DNA of 64,000 nt from an uncultured Phycisphaeraceae bacterium (GTDB lineage Bacteria; Planctomycetota; Phycisphaerae; UBA1845): NCBI GenBank assembly GCA_964569425.1, contig CAZMVD010000006.1, positions 4,508-68,507 of the forward strand, given 5' to 3'. The notes beneath the pieces are model-generated. The model made no database searches, had not been told where the DNA came from, and worked only from the letters and a program-made list of their open reading frames with translations. Position 1 is the first letter of the stretch. Each line of letters opens with the position of its first letter. The translations under genes and the position numbers were made by a program. This document shows positions 19,050-26,900 of this stretch, piece after piece.

Positions 19050-20498
19050 ATGACCGTTCTCGTCGTTGCCTTTCGGGCTCGTTTTGCACTGGTCTTGGCC
19101 GGCGTCTTGTTGGGCGTGGCCGCCGTTACGACCTGGCTGCCGCGGGCCGCCGCCGCGCCCCCGGTAGCGCCGATCCCCACGCCCTTCTATTCCTTCGATG
19201 GCCAATCGCCCAAGGTTATGTCGGGTTCGTTCACCGCCGCGGATATCCTGCAACTCGGCCAGCCCGATCCAACGGTCGTGGTCGCGGGCACCGCCCTGGG
19301 CTTTACCTCACCCAACGACGAACTTGACGGCCTCTCCGCCGCCAACCAGGACCTCGGGTTGACCACCTCCTTTGTAATCATGTTCTCGGTCGATCGCGGC
19401 ACCCAGGGAAATGTCGCACCCGAGCCATCGAATGTCGCCGCCGCCGTCCCCTACAACGTGCAGGACCAGGCGGCCAAGGGCCAGGCAGCGGGCGACCTGT
19501 TCATGTCCGCGGCATTGTTCGATCGCGCCGGCATTATTCCCAACCAACTCGCCGCAGTGCTGCAGAACAACGTGCTGGCCATCAACAACTACGACGAAGG
19601 CGGCACCGACTACGCCGCCAATCCCGAAACCAGCGCCGCACAGTCCTCCACCGATCCCCAGGACAACGTCACATCCAGCACCCCCCTGCCCATCGCATTG
19701 GGGCGCGCGGCCGGCGGAGTGGTCCGGGTTTACTATTCCGCCACGGCGGCTTCGCCCTCGTTATTGAGCCTCAGTGCGCCCCAAATGCCCAGCGGCGCGA
19801 ACATCTTCTTCCACCCCGACCCCACCGATCCCGTGCTGATGCCCACGATCTTCGCCAGTTTCCAGCAACTGGGGCTGCTCCCGCAGGACGACATCAACGC
19901 CATGATCGTCATCGACGCCAACAACAATGGCCAGTTCGACGGCAATGACCAGGTCATCTACTCGCTCGCGGGCGAATCTCCCTCGCTGGAGATGATCCCC
20001 GGAACCAACCCCATTACCGGCCGAACCGATCTGTTCAGCTCCTCACCCGGAATGGGGGCGCGGCTGTATGCTTCCGGTGCGGACCTCGGCCTCGGCGCCA
20101 TGTCCGACAACATCGACGCACTGATGTTCCTGCCCTGTAACAATGCCGCCCAATGCGCGGCGCAGCACGGCATCCGCTCCCCGAAAGGCGACTTCAACGA
20201 CGACGGACAGGTGGACGCAACCGATTTTGAGGACCTCGAGCAGTGCTACACCGGCCCGGGCATTGCCTACGGTCCGGGCTGCGAAAAGGGCGACTTCGAC
20301 GGCGACGGAGATATCGATTGTGCCGACTGGCTTCAATTCCGCGATGCCTGGACCGCCGGTCCGCCGCTGCCGGATCTGGCGCAGTGCCCCAACAACGTGC
20401 CCGCCGCCTCCCAATGGGGCCTGCTGACCCTCGCGCTGCTGATGCTGGCAGCAGGATCAGCCATGCTCCGCCGGCGCCTTTCGCGCCCGGCCGCTTGA
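19050..20498 (+). CDS. Secreted protein with dockerin/EF-hand-like Asp repeats and IPTL-CTERM-like tail
   Basis: I moved the start to the ATG at 19050 (MTVLVVAFRARFALVLAGVLLGVAAV), 1 nt after the kinase stop. Contains GDFNDDGQVDATDFEDL and GDFDGDGDIDCADWLQF. C-terminus is VPAASQWGLLTLALLMLAAGSAMLRRR. Confidence 0.8.
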   Translation: MTVLVVAFRARFALVLAGVLLGVAAVTTWLPRAAAAPPVAPIPTPFYSFDGQSPKVMSGSFTAADILQLGQPDPTVVVAGTALGFTSPNDELDGLSAANQDLGLTTSFVIMFSVDRGTQGNVAPEPSNVAAAVPYNVQDQAAKGQAAGDLFMSAALFDRAGIIPNQLAAVLQNNVLAINNYDEGGTDYAANPETSAAQSSTDPQDNVTSSTPLPIALGRAAGGVVRVYYSATAASPSLLSLSAPQMPSGANIFFHPDPTDPVLMPTIFASFQQLGLLPQDDINAMIVIDANNNGQFDGNDQVIYSLAGESPSLEMIPGTNPITGRTDLFSSSPGMGARLYASGADLGLGAMSDNIDALMFLPCNNAAQCAAQHGIRSPKGDFNDDGQVDATDFEDLEQCYTGPGIAYGPGCEKGDFDGDGDIDCADWLQFRDAWTAGPPLPDLAQCPNNVPAASQWGLLTLALLMLAAGSAMLRRRLSRPAA

Positions 20499-20513
20499 TC
20501 CGCTCCGCGGAAC

Positions 20514-21566
20514 ATGCGATTTTTCGGTCGAATGTCCGAGGCGTTGCGAAAGCTGGTCAATCTTGGAATCGGTTCAGCTTTCATGTTCCGCCGCGTGACT
20601 GTTGGATTCGAACGCGCTCTATGCTTGGGCGCTGCTTGCGCCATTTCCCTGACCATTCCCTGCCCGGCCGGTGAACCCGGCCCGCCGGTTTCCCCGTGTG
20701 CGTTTGACCACACGCACGAGGAATACGTCGTCAACGCCAAGGCCATGGTGGACGCCGGCGCGGACCTGGGCGAAATGCTTGATACGCTGGCGTGCATCGG
20801 AAGGACAAAGAAGCAGACGGGTTATTGGGTAGACCCACAAAGCGCCGCCTTTGGCGCCTGGTTCGCGCTCGCACCCTCCGACGAAGTGCGGCGGCGGCGG
20901 TTGCTGGCGATTGTCGAAGACCCCGAAACGACTTATGGCTTCTTCATGCAGGCGACCGAGCTGCTGCTCTATGTCGCGGATGAACACGCCAGAAACGTAC
21001 TGCTCGCGCAGTTTCAACAGTCGTGGCCCGTGGACCAGTTTGCGCCGTCGAATCCGCGATGGCGCGCATGCCTCACCTTTTTTCTGGAGGATGACGACCC
21101 AAGGATCACTCCGTTAATAGAGAAGTTCATCGCGTATCACGAACCGAGCCATCCCATGCGCGGGCACTTCGAATCGTACTTGAGGGACCTGCGAATGGGG
21201 AATAGCAAAGAAGACTTGCTCGGGGAGATTGAATCGTGCAGAAAGGGCGGCGCTCGCCCGTGGGCCATTCGGCGGGCGCTGCGCCTGACGGACGACGCCG
21301 AGGAAGTGCGCGCGGCCGTTCGGCGTTGGATGGCGGAAGAGGTGCAGATCAACGGCAGCTTCTTGACCATCGCAGACGTGTTCGCATTCACCGAACAACT
21401 CAGATTGTTCGATGAGAATGAGGAGGGGCTTGTGGCCAAATGCCGCGAGTTCTTGCGCATCTCCGAGCGAATGGGGTGTCGAGCCGGCCCAGAGTCAACC
21501 GTGCCATGGGCGGACGAGATCATCCGGACGAAGCGCGCAGCGTATTATGGTACAACGTCGAAGTAG
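20514..21566 (+). CDS. Hypothetical protein (visibly lower GC than its neighbours)
   Basis: 350-aa ORF with no recognised motif. Its codon usage is richer in A/T-ending codons than flanking genes. Confidence 0.55.
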   Translation: MRFFGRMSEALRKLVNLGIGSAFMFRRVTVGFERALCLGAACAISLTIPCPAGEPGPPVSPCAFDHTHEEYVVNAKAMVDAGADLGEMLDTLACIGRTKKQTGYWVDPQSAAFGAWFALAPSDEVRRRRLLAIVEDPETTYGFFMQATELLLYVADEHARNVLLAQFQQSWPVDQFAPSNPRWRACLTFFLEDDDPRITPLIEKFIAYHEPSHPMRGHFESYLRDLRMGNSKEDLLGEIESCRKGGARPWAIRRALRLTDDAEEVRAAVRRWMAEEVQINGSFLTIADVFAFTEQLRLFDENEEGLVAKCREFLRISERMGCRAGPESTVPWADEIIRTKRAAYYGTTSK

Positions 21567-21630
21567 GACCACCGGCCGAATGCGGCACTCGCCGGACTTG
21601 TCGGCCCGCCTGAGTATCGGCGGCTCTGCC

Positions 21631-22130
21631 TCAGCATGGATTGTGGTGGCGACCGCGGGCGCGGAATCGCCAATCGATGCGTCGGCAGCGCTTGTTGCGG
21701 TCCACGCCCCAGTTCACGACGCGCGATCGTAATCCCGTCTCGTCATCCACCCTGGCTCCCAACGCCTGTTCTTCCAATACGTTCGGTGCGCAATCGGCCA
21801 TGTTCAGCCAGCTTCCGTGCTTGGGCGCATGAGTCACTTCGATCCGTTGGATGAGCCGCCGCGCTTCGGCCGACTCGAACGCCTCAAATGGCGTCGCGAA
21901 CAGTCGTTGGCTGTACTCCAATTGCTGCTCCGCCAGTTACTGGACCGAAACTGAGAGGCCATTCGGCCACCGTTCCAGCGCCGATTGTCCAGCTACGTTG
22001 GTCGACCCGAAAGCACACCACTCGTTGGCCCGCCTTGTTGACACCTTGATCGATCGCGTGATCGAACTTCGGAAACGCCCGAAGACTGCGAAAGGCCGGA
22101 CTTCCTTCGAACCAGGTTCGCGTTACATCC
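21631..22130 (-). mobile_element. IS630-family transposase remnant (pseudogene, C-terminal part only, frame-disrupted)
   Basis: The 96-aa ORF reads LFATPFEAFESAEARRLIQRIEVTHAPKHGSWLNMAD...VVNWGVDRN...IDWRF, matching the conserved IS630 C-terminus (HYTPKHGSWLNMAE...WRFT). The upstream continuation is broken by a stop (..VSVQ*LAEQQ) and frame changes. Confidence 0.7.
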
Positions 22131-22371
22131 GGGGTGCGAACGTAACCGTCCTGTTAACCAATTCGGGTTGTTAACCGCGAGAGGCCGAGAGTTTGAGAGT
22201 TTTCCGCGGGGGCGCGAACGTAACCGTCACGGTTACAACCGGGGTGGCGAATGTCGGGTTGCAAACAGAGAGCGCGGGCGATCGGCGGTACGGCCGTAAC
22301 GTGCCGTGGCTGCGCGACTTACGGCGCGCCGACGAAAACCACGAAACCCCCCTGAGCCGCTAACCAACAAG

Positions 22372-22390
22372 CCACCGAAGTTCTCGGTGG
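22372..22390 (-). terminator. Short hairpin immediately 3' of tRNA-Asn
   Basis: ccaccga-agttc-tcggtgg, located 10 nt downstream of the tRNA 3' end on the minus strand. Confidence 0.4.
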
Positions 22391-22399
22391 CCCGTCGAT

Positions 22400-22471
22400 C
22401 TCCCCGACTAGGATTCGAACCTAGAACCTAGCGGTTAACAGCCGCTCGCTCTACCATTGAGCTATCGGGGA
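22400..22471 (-). tRNA. tRNA-Asn (anticodon GTT)
   Basis: Manual cloverleaf of the reverse complement: TCCCCGA TA GCTC AATGGTA GAGC G AGCGG CTGTTAA CCGCT AGGTT CTAGG TTCGAAT CCTAG TCGGGGA G. It has a 7-bp acceptor stem, TTCGAAT T-loop and GTT anticodon. CCA is not encoded. Confidence 0.93.
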
Positions 22472-22904
22472 TGGGTGGAAACGAGTTCCTCGTTCGGACG
22501 GATCAGTCTAGCCCTCCAAGGGGTCAAGTCAAGCTGCGCCGCACCACTCACACGCCGCAAACCGGCGCATTCACCGCCGACCCGGCCGCACGATTCACTT
22601 GCCGAAAACGGGCGCATTCGCCGCCGATACAGCCCCCACCTGCCCGAACGTCCCGAAAAACCCATCGTATCGGCCCGTGGAAAACGCCCATCGATCATCG
22701 CCGAGCTTCCCGCGTCCCAACCGTTGAACCGCGTGCAAGCTGCCTTCTGATATCGGCCACCGCACCGTTGTGGGCATTCGACAACATCTAGCCGCCAAGA
22801 CAATCCCCGGTCGCCCAGCCGCATGGGAGCGCGGCGGCGATTCCACGAACCGCTTTGCAAAGGAATAGACGAAGCATCGGTTCACAACCAAACGCCAACG
22901 CTCG

Positions 22905-23516
22905 TCAGGGTTTTTCAACAGGTCGATCGGACGTGGTTTCGCCGTTCTCGTGTTCCGTGTCGCCCAGCTTGCGGAGCAGCCAGGTGCGGACTTCTTTCGG
23001 CGCCCGGGTCAGCCGCCACCCATCCGCTTCCGCGACAATGAGCACCACCGCCGTTCGCTTGGGCTCGCTGCGACCCGCCAGGCGCTGCGGATCCAGCAGC
23101 ACTTCCGCACACACCGCGAAGGCGGCTTCAGGTTCTCCGTCGTTCGGTTTGGACTTCTCCGCAGATGCCAGCATGACTTTTTCCACGGCGCGAATACGTA
23201 CCCGCGTCACCGCGTGCCAGCCTTGTTCGTAATCGCCACGCGGCAGCGGTTCCTCGCGGGCGCTCCACAATAAGCGGAAATTGTCGTAATTGCCCGCGGC
23301 GCAAACCCGCATGGCCCGATCGATGAATTCGTTGACGGCCGTGCTGTCCGTGCGAAGGTCCGGGGGAAACTCCAGCAAATCCGCCGCCTCCACAGCGCGC
23401 TCGCCGCTGGGTGGACTCGTGTCGGGCGCTTCCCCGCGCCGACATCCCGGGACGGCAAGAATCAGTGCCAGTGGAAGCAACCACCCGGGTGATGGACGGC
23501 GATGTGCAAAACGCAT
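22905..23516 (-). CDS. Hypothetical lipoprotein
   Basis: I trimmed the start to MRFAHRRPSPGWLLPLALILAVPGC (lipobox LAVPGC). The upstream part of the track ORF translates the CATTCGC repeat. Confidence 0.6.
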   Translation of the reverse strand: MRFAHRRPSPGWLLPLALILAVPGCRRGEAPDTSPPSGERAVEAADLLEFPPDLRTDSTAVNEFIDRAMRVCAAGNYDNFRLLWSAREEPLPRGDYEQGWHAVTRVRIRAVEKVMLASAEKSKPNDGEPEAAFAVCAEVLLDPQRLAGRSEPKRTAVVLIVAEADGWRLTRAPKEVRTWLLRKLGDTEHENGETTSDRPVEKP

Positions 23517-23590
23517 TCGTACGACCAATCCCCGAAATCTTCGCGGCGGGCCCAAACTCGAGGCCGCCCGGGCCGTCGCGGCGCGCACCG

Positions 23591-23637
23591 CATTCGCTAT
23601 TCTCGATTCGCCATTCGCCATTCGCGGCCGTTCGGCG
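23591..23637. repeat. Heptamer tandem repeat, C family (CATTCGC)
   Basis: cattcgc tattctc gattcgc cattcgc cattcgc ggccgtt cggcgga. Confidence 0.8.
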
Positions 23638-23972
23638 GAGTCTCCCATTTTGATGGCGGCTTCGAGGCCGCGTTGTGGGTTCATGGCGCTCGCCAGCGTA
23701 TCGACAGGCGGCCATTCTGACAACGCGTTCGCGGCCTCGCACTTCTTCTTCCCTGACTGTCAAGTTCTCCCGCGGGCGGTCTATGAATGGATAGAGTCGC
23801 AAACCCTGAGCGCGGCCGCGGTCCTGCCTGAAGACACGATCCGCCGCGGCTCAGCCTCGTGCCCGCTACTTTCCCTTTCGTAGCGACTCCCAGGCGGCAT
23901 CGGGGGTATGACCCTCGCCCCGGGGAATGTTGCGCGCACGTCGGATTCGGTTGGATCAACGGAGGCCAGATC

Positions 23973-26900
23973 ATGAACCCTCACCATCACTTTTGCTCAA
24001 GGCACCATCATCGTCACGCTGCCCGCGGTTTGCTACTCTTTTCCTTTGCCGCCGCGCTGGGCGCAAGCCTTGCACTTGCCCGGCCGGGCGATGTGCGCGC
24101 CGGCACCGAAGTGGCGCCGTGGCTTCCGCCCGACACGCCGCGCTGGGCGACCGCCCCCCTACCGCGCGATGGGGCCAGTTTCAGCCTCGCGGATGCGCCA
24201 ACCATCAATCTCGACGACCCCCAGGCCGTCTTCGATCACGTCATCGCCTCGTTGCCCGACTCGGTGGACGTCATCCCCACCGAAAACTACACCTATTGGC
24301 GCTTCCACACGGCCGACAAGTACGTTTGGGGCAACCTGCGCCTCGAACCCGACACCCGCGATCAGGGCATCATCCACATCGGCTATTACGAATTCCGCGA
24401 AGAACTCACCGGCCCCGAAGAAGCCAATCCGCGCTATCGGCAGCTTGACGTGGGCGACGCACTCCGGCGCGTCGACGACTTCACCTACGACCTCACTTAC
24501 GGAGGCCGCACGGTCCGTTTTCTGCTCAACCGCGTCGACCAGCATGAACCGCTGGCCTTCAGGCTCGGCGAAGGCGAACGCTTCGTCATGCGCACCGAGG
24601 ACGAATCGCGCATTCGCTTTCACCTGATCTTCCACGAAGCCACCCGGAACTTCTTCTTCGTGGCCGATGAAGACCGCGCCCCTCTCGACGGCGCCCTCAT
24701 GGTCAGCGACGATCTCGCCCTCGACACCGGCACCGGCTTCCTGTTCTTCGTCGATAAGGCGCGCAACAACCGCAAGATCCTCGTCGGCGTCTATCGCCGC
24801 AACATCGCCCAGAACAACTATTACGACGGACCCGCCGACCAGCTTGCCGACAACTACATCCCGAACGTACCCCAATACAAGTCGTATCTGGAGCAGGCCT
24901 ACCCATTCACCCGCGGCGTGATCGACCAGTTCGGCTTCTACGTTCACGACCCCGGCAGCCGCGTGGCCGTCGCCCCCTACCACTCCTACCAGACCATTAC
25001 CGAAATGCAGGGCATGGTCGACGTGTGCAAAAACTACGGCGGCGTCCCAGAGATGATGGCCTGCATCATGCCCGGCGGCATGCGCCAGGAAACGCCCGAC
25101 GACCCCTCCGCAAACGACCCGTGGGGCGACACCTCCGCGCTGCTCAACCCCCAGGTCGTGTTCTCCGAGGACTGGGAGGGCGACCCCCTCGGCGCCGGCG
25201 GCTGGACGGCGTCAGGCCTTTGGCACCTCACCACCGACAGCCCCGCCACCTGCTCCCCGCCCGACGACTTCGTGTCGCCGGTAACCGCCGCCTACTACGG
25301 CATCGAAGGAGCCTGCAACTACGACAATGGCGGCCCCAACTGGGGAACCCTGACCTCACCCGTCATTCCCAACCTCCCCGATGGTTCGTTCCTGTACGTG
25401 CACTCGCGCCGCGTGTCCGAGGGACGCTGCGGCCAGCGCGACCTGAGCTTCATCGAAGTCTCCGTCAGCGGTGAGATCGATCCGCTCACCGGCTACAAAT
25501 TCCCCATCGGCAAGCGCTGGCAGTTCCTCTTTGAGAACTGCGACAACTCCAACGCCTGGCAGGAACTCGGCCCGCTGAGTCTGGAGCGCTTCGCGGGGCG
25601 CGACATCCAGATCCGCTTCCTCTTCGACGCCATCGACTTTCAGAACAATGGTTTCCTCGGCTGGATGGTCGACGACGTCGCCATTCTCACCGGCGAAAAC
25701 GCCGCCGGACCAGACTATTCCGCGCCCCGCCACATGGGCGGCGTCTCCTGGCACTTGCCTGGTGCCACCTTCCTGCCACCAGGACATCGCCACCTCACCG
25801 GTATGACCTGGCACCAGATCACTTCGACTTGGAACCACCTGGCCGGCCTCTCCTGGCCCGAAAACCCCAATCCCGGCGGTGGCAATCTACACATGTCGGG
25901 AACGACCTTCGTGCCGCGGCCTCGTCCGCGCCCCCGCCCCGGTGGTGGAGGTGGTGGCGCGCCCCCGCCGCGCAAGCCGCCGCACATGGCCGGTACCACC
26001 TGGCACCTTGCCGGCGTTACCGCGCCGCCCCCCGGAGCCAAGCACGCGGCGGGAATCACCTGGCACCTGGAGAACATCACCTTCATCCCGCCCTGGGCCA
26101 AGCATAACTCCGGTTTCACCTGGCACGTCTGGGGCGTGTCCTTCATACCGAAAGACGCCAAGCACGCCGCCGGCATCACCTGGCATCTGGAAGGCATCAC
26201 CTTCATCCCCGGCGGCACCAAGCACATCGCCGGTACCACATGGCACCTGCCCGGAATCACTTTCGTACCTCCCGGCTCCAAGCACGCCGCGGGCATCACC
26301 TGGCACCTGCCCGGAATCACTTTCATCCCGCCGGGAACCAAGCACAATTCCGGCACCACGTGGCACGTGGCCGGCGTCACCTTCATCCCGAAGGACTCCA
26401 AGCACGCCGCAGGAACCACCTGGCACATCGCCGGCGCGACCTTCATCCCCAAGGGCTCCAAGCATAACAGCGGCTCCACGTGGCACGTCGGCGGTGTGAG
26501 CTTCATTCCACCCGGAACCAAGCACAACTCCGGCTCCACCTGGCACTTCGGCGGCCAGACCTTCATCCCACCCGGCACCAAGCACAACAGCGGTTCCACG
26601 TGGCACGTCGGCGGCGTGAGCTTCATACCGCCCGGAACCAAGCACAACTCCGGTTCCACGTGGCATGTCGGCGGCCAGACCTTTATCCCGCCCGGAACCA
26701 AACACAACTCCGGTGTCACCTGGCACGTGGCGGGCGCCAGCTTCATTCCGCCCGACGCGAAGCACAATTCCGGCTTCACCTGGCACTACAACGGACAGAC
26801 CTTCATTCCCGCCGGCACGATCCACAACTCCGGGATCACCTGGCACTACAACGGCCAGTCCTTCATCCCGCCGGGAACGATCCACAATTCCGGCTTCACC

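Noticed and set aside
22457-22860. Track ORFs overlapping or adjacent to tRNA-Asn (22457-22750, 22462-22860, 22471-22791)
   Set aside because: They overlap the tRNA gene or its promoter-side repeats, are mutually overlapping in several frames, and have no motifs.
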